32,000 nucleotides of DNA from Methanocorpusculum parvum (lineage in GTDB: Archaea > Halobacteriota > Methanomicrobia > Methanomicrobiales > Methanocorpusculaceae). The notes beneath the pieces are model-generated. The model was not told the origin of the DNA. It saw only the letters and a program-made list of their open reading frames with translations, and ran no database searches. The position numbers and the translations under genes are program-made. This document shows positions 17,511-26,646 of this stretch, piece after piece. The stretch is from NCBI GenBank assembly GCA_015063085.1, contig SUTD01000003.1, positions 1 to 32,000 of the forward strand, written 5' to 3'. Positions within the stretch are counted from its first letter, which is position 1; every line of letters starts with the position of its first letter.

Positions 17511-18209
17511 TTATTCCTGCTTCGCACCGGAAACACCGGGGATGGCAAGCTTCTTCTCAAGCTTGTTCAGAGCAATGGTTGCGAAGGACACCAGAATCAG
17601 ATAGAAGATACCAACCGCCGCGAATGCCTCAAAGTAGGCGAAGTATTTTGTCGCGATAATTTTTGCCGCTCCGGTCATTTCTATAACTGTTACCACATAG
17701 GCAAGAGACGAGTACTTGATGAGGTAGATGAACTCGTTGGAGACGCCCGGGAGTGCACGGCGGAATGCCTGCGGGATTACCACATGGATGATTGCCTGAA
17801 TCTTGGTCATACCAAGCGAGCGTGCCGCAAGCATCTGCCCTCCCTTAATCGACTGCAGGCCGCCGCGTAAATACTCGGAGTTGTATGCCGAGTTACACAA
17901 AATGAAACCGAACAGCGCTGAAAGATACGAACCAAGCACGATTCCAATTGACGGCAGACCAAAGTACAGCAGGAACAGAAGCACCAGAAGCGGACATCCT
18001 CTAAAGAAGATGACATAGAGCTTCGCTAATGCCCTAACAGGCTTTGGACCATATACGCGGCAGACGGCAATCAGGAATCCCAAAAGGAAACCAAAGGGGG
18101 CTGTCAGCGCCACCAACTGGAGGGTTACCCACAGACCGTCAACTAACGCCGGAAGCAGAATGTCAGTCCAGAAGGGAATCTGGTCGATGAGATACTGTAC
18201 AATATCCAT
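17511..18209 (-). CDS. Amino-acid ABC transporter permease (polar amino acid, His/Glu/Gln/Arg type)
   Basis: Contains the EAA-loop-like block ARSLGMTKIQAIIHVVIPQAFRRALPGVSNEFIYLIKYSSLA. The track start is GTG 18230, which would overlap the ATPase gene by 20 nt. ATG 18209, 1 nt after the ATPase stop, is more likely. Confidence 0.9.
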   Translation of the reverse strand: MDIVQYLIDQIPFWTDILLPALVDGLWVTLQLVALTAPFGFLLGFLIAVCRVYGPKPVRALAKLYVIFFRGCPLLVLLFLLYFGLPSIGIVLGSYLSALFGFILCNSAYNSEYLRGGLQSIKGGQMLAARSLGMTKIQAIIHVVIPQAFRRALPGVSNEFIYLIKYSSLAYVVTVIEMTGAAKIIATKYFAYFEAFAAVGIFYLILVSFATIALNKLEKKLAIPGVSGAKQE

Positions 18210-18210
18210 G

Positions 18211-18951
18211 TTACTCTTCGGTATATGCACCCATGAATGCTCTCATGCGTTCAAAGGACGGGCTGGTCGGGATGTCCTCCGGTTTTCCGCGTTCGATGAT
18301 CTCTCCCTTTTCCATTAAGAGAATCTCGGAGGCAAAGGAGGTTGCAAATTTCATCTCATGGGTTACCACAAGACAGGTCATACCCTGTGCGGCAAGCTTT
18401 CGCATAACCTCCATTACTTCGCGCTTGAGTTCCGGATCAAGAGCAGAGGTCGGCTCATCAAAGAGCATGACCTCAGGGTCCATAGCAAGAGCACGGGCAA
18501 TAGAGACACGCTGTGCCTGACCGCCGGAAAGCTGTGCAGGATAGTGGTCTGCCCAGTCGAGCATTCCGACACGCTCAAGCTCAAAGAGTGCCTTCTCGCG
18601 GGCTTCCTTCTTTCCCATCTTCTTGACTTTGAGAAGTGCCAGCTCAACATTGCGGACTGCCGTTAAGTGGTCGAAGAGGTTGAAGTTCTGGAACACCATT
18701 CCCATCTTCTGCCGGTAGTCGTTGATTTTTCTTCCCGAGTTCGTGACCTCTTCACCGTTTAAGTACACCGAACCGCCGTCAGGCTCTGTTAAGAGGTTGA
18801 TACAGCGAAGAAGCGTGGACTTTCCGGTACCGGAAGGTCCAATAAAGACCTTCTTTTCTCCCGGATAGACATCGAAGGAGACACCCTTTAAGACCTCGAG
18901 GTCGCCGTAGGTCTTCGTCAGATTTTCCACGCGGAGAATCGGTTCGGTCAT
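18211..18951 (-). CDS. Amino-acid ABC transporter ATP-binding protein (GlnQ-like)
   Basis: Walker A GPSGTGKST, signature LSGGQAQRV, Walker B MLFDEPTSALD, H-loop VVTHEM. ATGA overlap with the upstream permease. Confidence 0.95.
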   Translation of the reverse strand: MTEPILRVENLTKTYGDLEVLKGVSFDVYPGEKKVFIGPSGTGKSTLLRCINLLTEPDGGSVYLNGEEVTNSGRKINDYRQKMGMVFQNFNLFDHLTAVRNVELALLKVKKMGKKEAREKALFELERVGMLDWADHYPAQLSGGQAQRVSIARALAMDPEVMLFDEPTSALDPELKREVMEVMRKLAAQGMTCLVVTHEMKFATSFASEILLMEKGEIIERGKPEDIPTSPSFERMRAFMGAYTEE

Positions 18952-19652
18952 GCTTCGCCTCCTTCCGGTCCAAGTCCCGGAATGTGCGTTTTCTTTTCAA
19001 TAAACTGGATAAGCATCATACCACCGTAGTTGAGCAGGATAAACATCAGTGCACAGGACAGATAGAGGAGCATCGGCTCTCCGGTTCTGGAGATGACCTG
19101 TGCGGTTCTGGTTAAGAGTTCGGCAACACCGATTACATATGCCACCGAGGAGTCGGTTAATAAAACCGGATATTCATTTGACCATCCCGGAAGCGAGAGA
19201 CGCAGGGTCTGCGGAAGGATGATGGAGCGGATTGCCTGCCATTTGGTCATGCCAAGAGAACGGGCGGCAAGCATCTGTCCCGAGGCAATCGATTCAATTG
19301 CTCCGCGGAAAATCTGCGACTGATATGCAGCGCTTCGCATTCCAAGAACGGTTACCGCGACAAAGAATGCGGGAAGGTCAAGCCCCATGAAGGGGAACAA
19401 AGCAAAGTAGAACAGGAAGAGTAAGACGATGTTCGGGAGACCGCGGAAGAACCAGACGTAAATCCCGACAAGTTTTTTGATAACCTTCGGACCGTATACC
19501 TGCCCTAAGGTCAGCACTATTCCGCAGACGAAGCCGATGAAGAGAGACAGAGCTACCAGAAGAAGGGTTACAAGTACGCCTTCGAGCAGATATCCTGCCG
19601 AGTTTGTCAGTGCGGAAATATCAACCATGAGAAAATCCTGTTGTTCTGCCAT
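18948..19652 (-). CDS. Amino-acid ABC transporter permease (second subunit)
   Basis: ARSLGMTKWQAIRSIILPQTLRLSLPGWSNEYPVLLTDSSVAY, paralogous to the other permease, with about 5 TM helices. Confidence 0.9.
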   Translation of the reverse strand: MAEQQDFLMVDISALTNSAGYLLEGVLVTLLLVALSLFIGFVCGIVLTLGQVYGPKVIKKLVGIYVWFFRGLPNIVLLFLFYFALFPFMGLDLPAFFVAVTVLGMRSAAYQSQIFRGAIESIASGQMLAARSLGMTKWQAIRSIILPQTLRLSLPGWSNEYPVLLTDSSVAYVIGVAELLTRTAQVISRTGEPMLLYLSCALMFILLNYGGMMLIQFIEKKTHIPGLGPEGGEA

Positions 19653-19673
19653 TATTATTGGCAGTCATAGGTC

Positions 19674-19679
19674 AAAAAA
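19674..19679 (-). terminator. Short oligo-T (T6) after the helicase gene
   Basis: A6 on the plus strand, 10-15 nt downstream of the stop at 19689-19691. It is weak, so read-through into the ABC operon is possible. Confidence 0.25.
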
Positions 19680-19688
19680 GTGTATGGA

Positions 19689-22600
19689 TTACACTGCTTT
19701 CCACACGCCGTTTTCTTCGACAAGAAGTCCTGATGCAGAAGCGGCATCAATTCCTGCCTCAATACGCTGTTTTACCTGTGCTGTGGCCTTGAATCCAAGA
19801 GAAAGAGCGGTCTGTTTTACTAAGTCAGCCTTCGGAGTTGCGAACTGCTTTTCGAGGACAATTCTTGCGGCAAGCCCGATTTCCTCTAAGGAAACGTCTG
19901 CAATAGACCACTTGCCTTCACGCTCGCGGGCAGTGAGTTCTCCTCCTGCTATTGAGTAGAATTTTTCTGCATCGCGCGTCAGTGTTCCTTCAGCAGCAGA
20001 TGCCTCGGCAAGGTTTACAATCCGTTCCTTGATTGCCGCAGTCATTCTCGGAACAGAGCCGAGTTCTTTGACGCGGGCGATTAAGAGCGACTCGGAGATT
20101 GGACCTTCGGCTCTGACAATCTCAACGAGAGCGGTCTGCAGAACTGAGTCATGAACAGAGGCAAACTGGTTGTAGCTCTGGAGAACACAGGAATCACAGC
20201 AGACATACGGCACGAAGCATGCAGAGGAGGTTTGCATCGGAACTTCTTCCGGTAACTCTTCTTCAATCTCTTCGACTGCGTCTGCCGCTGGAATTTCCGG
20301 TTCAGCCGATAACTTCAGCGGCTCTTTCTTTGCGGCCTCCTCAAGGAAGTCTAAGAGCACTTTTGTGCATGATGCCGGATGCTGGAACCATTCCGGAGAC
20401 CAGATGCGGATAAGATTCCATCCAAGCCCTTCCAAAACCTGTCCTCTGAGGCGGTCGCGGTCGCGTGCGTCTGCGGCAGACCAGTAGAACGGTCCGTCGC
20501 AGAGAATTCCTGCCATGTAAACGCCTTCCGTTTCCGGATGGAGAACTGCCAGGTCGATTCTGAATCCTGCACAGCCGACATTTCTGGCGACCGCATAGCC
20601 TTTGTCCTCGAGCATGCGGGCAACGGTTTCCGGGAAGAGATCGGCAACATCGGAACTGATGTCCTCGCCTGCGGCAAGCGGTGCCGCATTTCTGGTCTCT
20701 GCATAGGTCAGGAATGCAGAAAGAGCCGCAACGCCGTCCGGTGTGTCAGATTCGACCGGTAAGTCGTAGCCTCTGAAGTTTGCAAAGACCACACAGCGCT
20801 CGCGGGCACGCGTGATTAAGACATTTAAGCGGCGCTCGCCGCCGGTCTGGTTGAGCGGACCGAAGTTTCTGGAAAGCCGATGGTTCTCGTCGAATCCGTA
20901 GCCGATGGATATAAGCATGGTGTCACGCTCATCACCCTGCACGGTTTCCAGATTCTTGACGAAGAAGTGTTCGCCGTTTTCAGGGCGCATGGCTGCTTCC
21001 ACATCCGGATTGTCGCGGAGGAGAATATCCACTTCGCGGCGAATCAGCTCCTGCTGACGGGTGGAGAAGGTAGCAACGCCTAACGTTTTGTTTGGGAATC
21101 TGCGGTAGTAGTCAAGGACAGCCTCGGCAACCGCTTTGGCTTCACCCCGGTTGACGCCTGCCTTTCCGCGCTCATAGACCGTATCCGGGAGATGGACAAG
21201 CGAGAGACCCAAGTCATCGGTATCGTGCATTGGAGACGGGAAGACCTGCAGCGTTCCGTCATAGAACTCCGCGTTGGAGACGGCAATCAGAGACTCATGC
21301 CGCGAGCGGTAGTGCCAGCGAAGCCGTTTGGTAACAAACGACTGCTTGCAGACATGCAGCAGGCTTTCCATATCGGTGATGCCTGCGGTACTTTCCTCCT
21401 CCTCATCGTCTTCTGCGCCGCCAATCTGATCGAAGAAGGTGGTCGGCGGAAGCTGACGGGAATCTCCCATGACAACCAACTGCCGTCCGCGCATCAGTGC
21501 CCCTAAGGCATCCTCCGGCTTGACCTGACTTGCCTCATCGAAGATGATGATATCAAACATCACCGACCGCGGGTCTAAATACTGCGCAACGGATAAGGGA
21601 CTCATCATGAAGCACGGCTTAATCTTCTGGATAAGTGAACCCGACTTGGTCATCAGAGAGCGAATCGACATGTGACCGCGTTTTCTGTTGAACTCGCCGG
21701 TTAAGACTCCCATCTCCGACTCGCGGGATGCCCCGGTGAAGAGTTCCGGAATATTTCCGTCCAGAATCTGCACGAGACGTTTTGCGTTGGATGCAACCTG
21801 CTGGCGGTCAAACTCTTTGAACGCCGCAATCTTTTGCTCATGCGGCATCTGCGAGAAGTGGGCAAGGATTGGACGCTGCTGGTATGCCTCTTTGAGGAGT
21901 GCATCGGCATAGCCGGTTAAGAATGCCGGAATCAGGGCATCATGGTCAATCTTGTCCGTTAAGATAAGCGGGAGAACCGGTGCTGCCGCAGTTCCTGCGC
22001 AGACTTCTGCGTACGCAAGCAGTTTGCTCCACTCCTCAAGCCGGTCGATGTCGGTAATCCAGATGTCAGCCTGACGCCGCATCTGGGCAAATGTCAGGTC
22101 GTCCGGAATCTCATCGATTCCCAGACGTTCATAGAGAAGGGCAGACTGTTCGCTGTGCTCCTTTGCCGCGGCTTCGAGGTCGGCAAAGAGGCCTGCCATA
22201 ACCTCCGGGTCCAGCGTCTTGTCTGCGATGCGGGATACCGTCTGCTCGGTGATTAAGCCCTCGGAAATCATGGTGCGGATGGCAGAAATCCAGTCGCGGT
22301 ACGCAGAAAGAACCGAAGCATCGGTGTCCTCACCGTTCCAGACCGGAGCAAAGAGGGAGCGGTAACTCCGTTCCTCGGAAAGCCATCCGTCCCTGTCCGT
22401 CAGATAGTTTCTTGCCTCCTTCAAATCGGAGAGAATCACATGGTCTGCCGGAAGCGAACCGCCGTAGTATCCGCGAAGCTCCTCTTTCAGCCGTTTGAAG
22501 TCGCCGGAGAAGAGTTTGCTGATGACGTTCTTCTCCGAGTACTTCATGAACTCGGAGTAGAGGCGGGCAGGGTTTCTGGCGAAAATCTCCGGCGTGAAGA

Positions 22601-24395
22601 TGCCGAGAATCTTCTGGCGTGTCTCGGAGAGCTTCTTCATGCGGGAGATTAAGCGGTCAACCGCTTCGGTGTTGTCCCATAAGCGGTTAGCTAAAATCTC
22701 CGGCGTTGCCGTGAACTCGGAGGAAAGCGAGCGGCAGATTTCCATCATGAGCGGAACGTCCGTCTCGCTTCGCGGGATCGGAATCTCTGCCGCTTCGGAT
22801 ACGGCACGCATTGCGCAGACCAGACGCTCGATTCCGTCGCGGTAGGATACGGTGGCGTCATGAATTTCATCCCGGTCTGCGGGAAGAATCATCCCTGGTC
22901 TGGTCTCAGCCCATGGGTGCGTGGAGAGGCTTTCTCCGTCACGGAGAATGGACGGGATGTAGGATTCGATATCCGCTAATGCTGATACTGCCGCCTGATA
23001 ATCCTCCGGTGTGATTGCTGACGCATTTTCGACTGCTACCTTCGGCAGGCGGAAGTTCTTTCTGCCCGGACCGTTTTCGAACTCGTAGCGGTACTGTTCC
23101 CGGATGCCGAAGAGATCATACGGCGAGAATCCGCAGGCGCCGATTGGCTCACGCAGTTCACTGCAGTAGCCGGAAAGCTCCGTCTTCAGTGCTTCGATCT
23201 GCGTCGAGTCGCGGGAGTCAACAGCAGGAGAGGACGGATGCTGAATACAGCGTTCGAGTTCCCGGATGAACTCAACCTTCTTTGCGGTCTGGCTGTGGAG
23301 TTCCAGGCAGAAGCGGGAAAGACCGGCACTGTCCAGTCTTCGCTTGACAACTTCCAAGGCAGCCATCTTTTCGCTGACGAAGAGAACGGTCTTGCCGGAA
23401 GCAAGCATCTCTGCTATCATGTTGGCGATGGTCTGGCTTTTTCCGGTTCCCGGCGGACCTTCGACCACCAAGTTCTTTCCGGCCTTTGCCTCGCGAATGA
23501 CTGCAAGCTGCGAGGAGTCGGCATCCACGATGTTGCAGCAGTCTCCTGCTGCCTCCGGCAGGTCTACGGATTCCGCCGGGGCTTCTGCCGGGTGGAAGAT
23601 GGCGTTGATTAAGGGATTGTCCTCGATTGCAAACTCCTCGCCCCAGCTTGCCGGGTCAAGGTCCTTGAACATCACATACTTCTTGAAGCTGAAGAGGTCA
23701 AGCACGACCTCCGGGCAGAGCGTCCAGCCCTTTTCTTTGATGATTTCCTCAACAGACTCAAAGAATGCGCTGACATCGGCGGCACTTTCCGGATGCCCTA
23801 AATCCGGCAGTTCGATTCCCTGCTCGGCAAACTTGGCGGAAAGCGATAAGGAGACAACAGGATCTTCGCCTGACCAGCGCAGGGTATAGTTTTCTTTGAC
23901 TTTCTGCCGTTCCAAATCGACCGGCAGTAAGAGAAGCGGAGCTTTTAAGGGTTTGGCGGATTCGTTTTCCGTCCACTGGACAAAGCCGACGGCAAGATAG
24001 AGCGTTGGATATCCCTGCTCTTCAAAGACGGTCCGGCTTTTGTTCTGGAGGCTGTAGAGTTTCTTTCTCAGCTCAATATCGGTATAGGGAGTATCTAAGA
24101 CAAGGTCGGTATGCTTTGCGCTTTTGGAGAAGATTGGGTATTTCCAGATGTTCTTTTCTTCGGGAGCAGAAGAGGTATCCTTTTCTCCCGGCTGGAACTT
24201 CATGCCTTTCTCGTCCAAGACAAGGGATTGGTATATCTCGGCTAAGTGGGATTCGACAATCTCTATTGACCTCGCGGCAGAGGGTTTGTAGTTTAGGAGA
24301 TTATTTCGAAGAGTCAGGTCGAGCAGGCGGTTTCGCAGTTCTTCCAGATCTGATGTGCCTGTTGTCATTGTGTAGTATATGGGGGTTTGGAGCAT
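19689..24395 (-). CDS. Giant SF1 (Upf1-like) helicase: DUF4011-like N-terminus, AAA_11/AAA_12 helicase core, Vsr/DUF559-like REase domain, DUF3320-like tail
   Basis: - **N-terminus:** LLDLTLRNNLLNY and APLLLLPVDLER.
- **Helicase core:** Walker A GPPGTGKSQT (aa 313-322), motif II IIFDEASQ (aa 950-957), VVMGDSRQLPPT, TVQGDERD, NVLITRARE.
- **Nuclease-like domain:** GFRIDLAV...CDG...RDRDRLRGQVLEGLGWNLIRIWSPEWF (aa about 1255-1340).
- **Start:** possibly M10 at 24368. Confidence 0.9.
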   Translation of the reverse strand: MLQTPIYYTMTTGTSDLEELRNRLLDLTLRNNLLNYKPSAARSIEIVESHLAEIYQSLVLDEKGMKFQPGEKDTSSAPEEKNIWKYPIFSKSAKHTDLVLDTPYTDIELRKKLYSLQNKSRTVFEEQGYPTLYLAVGFVQWTENESAKPLKAPLLLLPVDLERQKVKENYTLRWSGEDPVVSLSLSAKFAEQGIELPDLGHPESAADVSAFFESVEEIIKEKGWTLCPEVVLDLFSFKKYVMFKDLDPASWGEEFAIEDNPLINAIFHPAEAPAESVDLPEAAGDCCNIVDADSSQLAVIREAKAGKNLVVEGPPGTGKSQTIANMIAEMLASGKTVLFVSEKMAALEVVKRRLDSAGLSRFCLELHSQTAKKVEFIRELERCIQHPSSPAVDSRDSTQIEALKTELSGYCSELREPIGACGFSPYDLFGIREQYRYEFENGPGRKNFRLPKVAVENASAITPEDYQAAVSALADIESYIPSILRDGESLSTHPWAETRPGMILPADRDEIHDATVSYRDGIERLVCAMRAVSEAAEIPIPRSETDVPLMMEICRSLSSEFTATPEILANRLWDNTEAVDRLISRMKKLSETRQKILGIFTPEIFARNPARLYSEFMKYSEKNVISKLFSGDFKRLKEELRGYYGGSLPADHVILSDLKEARNYLTDRDGWLSEERSYRSLFAPVWNGEDTDASVLSAYRDWISAIRTMISEGLITEQTVSRIADKTLDPEVMAGLFADLEAAAKEHSEQSALLYERLGIDEIPDDLTFAQMRRQADIWITDIDRLEEWSKLLAYAEVCAGTAAAPVLPLILTDKIDHDALIPAFLTGYADALLKEAYQQRPILAHFSQMPHEQKIAAFKEFDRQQVASNAKRLVQILDGNIPELFTGASRESEMGVLTGEFNRKRGHMSIRSLMTKSGSLIQKIKPCFMMSPLSVAQYLDPRSVMFDIIIFDEASQVKPEDALGALMRGRQLVVMGDSRQLPPTTFFDQIGGAEDDEEEESTAGITDMESLLHVCKQSFVTKRLRWHYRSRHESLIAVSNAEFYDGTLQVFPSPMHDTDDLGLSLVHLPDTVYERGKAGVNRGEAKAVAEAVLDYYRRFPNKTLGVATFSTRQQELIRREVDILLRDNPDVEAAMRPENGEHFFVKNLETVQGDERDTMLISIGYGFDENHRLSRNFGPLNQTGGERRLNVLITRARERCVVFANFRGYDLPVESDTPDGVAALSAFLTYAETRNAAPLAAGEDISSDVADLFPETVARMLEDKGYAVARNVGCAGFRIDLAVLHPETEGVYMAGILCDGPFYWSAADARDRDRLRGQVLEGLGWNLIRIWSPEWFQHPASCTKVLLDFLEEAAKKEPLKLSAEPEIPAADAVEEIEEELPEEVPMQTSSACFVPYVCCDSCVLQSYNQFASVHDSVLQTALVEIVRAEGPISESLLIARVKELGSVPRMTAAIKERIVNLAEASAAEGTLTRDAEKFYSIAGGELTAREREGKWSIADVSLEEIGLAARIVLEKQFATPKADLVKQTALSLGFKATAQVKQRIEAGIDAASASGLLVEENGVWKAV

Positions 24396-24486
24396 TTAGT
24401 AGTTCGCTCTTTCGAAACAGAAGAGATGTGAAGATTCACCAAGCATACCGCAACATACTTTTTCTGTCAGCACACAATTTAGATAC

Positions 24487-25413
24487 ATGGCATATCTGGT
24501 TACCGGAGGGGCAGGGTTTATCGGCTCACATATCACCGAAGAACTCCTGAAACGCGGGGATGAAGTAATTATTCTGGATAATATGTATTCAGGACGTTTT
24601 GAGAATCTTGCGGCAAATCCAAAGGCAGTTTTTGTTGAAGGGTCGATTATGGATACTAAGATTCTCGAATCTATCTGCACAGAATATGATGTCGAAGGAA
24701 TCTTCCATTTAGCCGCTGTTGCCAGTGTGCAGAAGTCGATTGAAAATCCATCGCTTGTGCATGAGGTAAATGTTACCGGAACACTGAGTGTTTTGGAAGC
24801 CGCACGAAAGCATGGTGTCCACAAGGTAGTTCTGTCTGCAAGCGCTGCAGCATACGGAGACAACCCGGTGTTTCCCAAGCGCGAGGACATGCTTCCCGAA
24901 CCGCTTTCCCCCTATGCAGTGTCAAAAATCGCGGCAGAGATGTACTGCAAAACGTATGCAGAGCTGTATGATTTGCAGACCGTATCGCTTCGGTACTTCA
25001 ATGTGTTTGGACCAAGACAGGACCCAAACGGTGAATATGCGGCAGTGATTCCAAAGTTTACCGAAAAGATTTGTGCAGGCGAGTCGCCGACGGTGTTCGG
25101 AGACGGAAACCAGACGCGGGACTTTGTGTTCGTAAAAGATGTTGCGCGGGCAAACCTTCTCGCCATGGATTCTGCTGTCTGCGGACTGTTTAACATCGGC
25201 ACCGGAGTACAGACTTCGCTGAATGATTTAGCGAAGATGATTATGGATGCGGCAGGGGTTTCGGTTAAGATGAAGTACGAAGCGGCACGCGAAGGGGATG
25301 TAAGATACTCGGTTGCGGATATCTCGAAGGCGGAGAGGGAATTAGGATATAAGCCAGAGTGGGATTTGGGTGAGGGGGTTAAGGAGACGGTGGAGTATTT
25401 CAGAAGCCTCTGA
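24487..25413 (+). CDS. NAD-dependent nucleotide-sugar 4-epimerase (UDP-Glc/GlcNAc 4-epimerase-like SDR)
   Basis: LVTGGAGFIGSH Rossmann motif, the catalytic S...YAVSK (YxxxK), and 308 aa typical of the extended SDR GalE/WbpP group. Confidence 0.88.
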   Translation: MAYLVTGGAGFIGSHITEELLKRGDEVIILDNMYSGRFENLAANPKAVFVEGSIMDTKILESICTEYDVEGIFHLAAVASVQKSIENPSLVHEVNVTGTLSVLEAARKHGVHKVVLSASAAAYGDNPVFPKREDMLPEPLSPYAVSKIAAEMYCKTYAELYDLQTVSLRYFNVFGPRQDPNGEYAAVIPKFTEKICAGESPTVFGDGNQTRDFVFVKDVARANLLAMDSAVCGLFNIGTGVQTSLNDLAKMIMDAAGVSVKMKYEAAREGDVRYSVADISKAERELGYKPEWDLGEGVKETVEYFRSL

Positions 25414-25502
25414 CCTCTTTTCTTTTTTGTGCGCGTTTTGATAACAAATCAGGCGTATGTTTTCATATTGAATGAGGACAATATATAATATCATTATCGG
25501 GT

Positions 25503-26465
25503 GTGTTCGTGAGCGAAGAGATTGATATTGTCCGGCAGATGGAAGAAGACATCAGCAACGCGGAAAAGAAGCCGACAGTTATGGTTGCGATGCCTGCCTA
25601 TAATGAGGAACTCAGGATTGCAGAAACCGTTTCCGGCGTAAAGCCGTATGCTGATGTTGTGGTCGTTGTGGATGACGGTTCAAAGGATAAAACTGTTGCC
25701 GTTGCCGAGAAGGAAGGAGCAATGGTTCTCCGCCACAAGGTGAATAAAGGATACGGCGGAGCACTGCGGACAATTTTCCAGACAGCAAAGAAGTATAAGC
25801 CGGACATCCTGGTTATTATCGACTCAGACGGACAGCACAATCCGGCAGATGTTCCGCGGTTTGTGGCAAAGGTTGCCGAAGGATATGATGTGGTTATCGG
25901 CTCACGTTTCTTGACCGAGGAAAGCCAGAAGAAGATTCCCGGATACCGCAAACTCGGCATGAAGGTCCTGGATTCCGCGACCGTAATGGCGATGAACGGC
26001 GTTCATGTGAGTGATTCGCAGTCAGGATTTCGTGCATACACCCGCGAGGCATACAATGCAGTAAACATCTCCGGAAACGGGATGTCCGCTGGCTCAGAGA
26101 TTCTCATGCAGGTCTCCGACCGCAAGCTTTCGATTGGGGAGATTTCCATTTCCGTGCGGTATGATTTGGAGGATACGAGTTCCCAGAATCCAATCCGGCA
26201 TGGTATTTCTGTGCTGATGAATCTGATACGGTTTGTCTCTATCCGACGGCCGATGACGTTCTTTGGGATTGGCGGTGGACTGGTGTTTGTGCTTGGATGT
26301 GCTGTTGGTATCTGGGCTCTGAATATCTTTATGTCAAGCGGGGCATGGCCTGTTACGATGACGCTTGTTGGCGGACTGATTGTGATTGTTGGGTTGCTGC
26401 TGATGACCACGGGGTTGATTTTGTATTCAATTTCACAGATGGTGAATATGGTTGGTGGGAGATAA
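25503..26465 (+). CDS. GT2 polyprenol-phosphate glycosyltransferase with a 2-TM C-terminal anchor (DPM1/GtrB/AglJ-like)
   Basis: MPAYNEE, VVVDDGSKD, IDSDGQH (DxD) and GFRAY blocks, then two C-terminal TM helices. The track start is GTG 25503. ATG 25539 (MEEDISN) fits better with the TATA ATATATAATA at 25481-25490. Confidence 0.85.
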   Translation: MFVSEEIDIVRQMEEDISNAEKKPTVMVAMPAYNEELRIAETVSGVKPYADVVVVVDDGSKDKTVAVAEKEGAMVLRHKVNKGYGGALRTIFQTAKKYKPDILVIIDSDGQHNPADVPRFVAKVAEGYDVVIGSRFLTEESQKKIPGYRKLGMKVLDSATVMAMNGVHVSDSQSGFRAYTREAYNAVNISGNGMSAGSEILMQVSDRKLSIGEISISVRYDLEDTSSQNPIRHGISVLMNLIRFVSIRRPMTFFGIGGGLVFVLGCAVGIWALNIFMSSGAWPVTMTLVGGLIVIVGLLLMTTGLILYSISQMVNMVGGR

Positions 26466-26598
26466 GACTACCACTAAAAACAGATTTGAAATATATTCTC
26501 TATTTTAATTAAATTGAGATTCTAAGTACTCTCAGAATCTTCCTAACTAGTTTGGATAATGGTCCATATCAACGCATTTCCTTCTTAGGATTTCCAAG

Positions 26599-26610
26599 AA
26601 AAAAAAAAAA
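26599..26610 (-). terminator. Oligo-T (T12) terminator after the ATPase/nuclease cassette
   Basis: A12 on the plus strand, 37-48 nt downstream of the TAG stop at 26647-26649. It is the longest homopolymer in the window. Confidence 0.5.
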
Positions 26611-26646
26611 CATCACATTTACTGCACAAAAATAGAAATGGGATCT

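Noticed and set aside
23266-23889. 207-aa plus-strand ORF, together with several others of 60-180 aa (for example 24005-24550, 20379-20762, 23238-23612), inside the helicase gene
   Set aside because: All are antisense to a 1568-aa ORF with strong motif support. They are Ser/Arg/Ala-rich with no recognisable motifs and are typical GC-rich shadow ORFs.
24396-24890. 164-aa minus-strand ORF lying in the same frame directly upstream of the helicase ATG, separated by one TAA. It could suggest a longer helicase or stop-codon read-through.
   Set aside because: It is antisense to the well-supported epimerase gene (24487-25413). Its sequence is S/T/A/R-rich and low in complexity, as is typical of shadow frames in GC-rich DNA. 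The helicase N-terminus already begins with a complete DUF4011-like motif.
26466-26646. Looked for a tRNA gene, an att-like direct repeat or an integrase signature at the left edge of the low-GC island
   Set aside because: There is no cloverleaf-capable GC-rich segment. The only structures are a weak 7-bp hairpin (26517-26540) and the A12/T12 tract, which is better explained as the cassette terminator.
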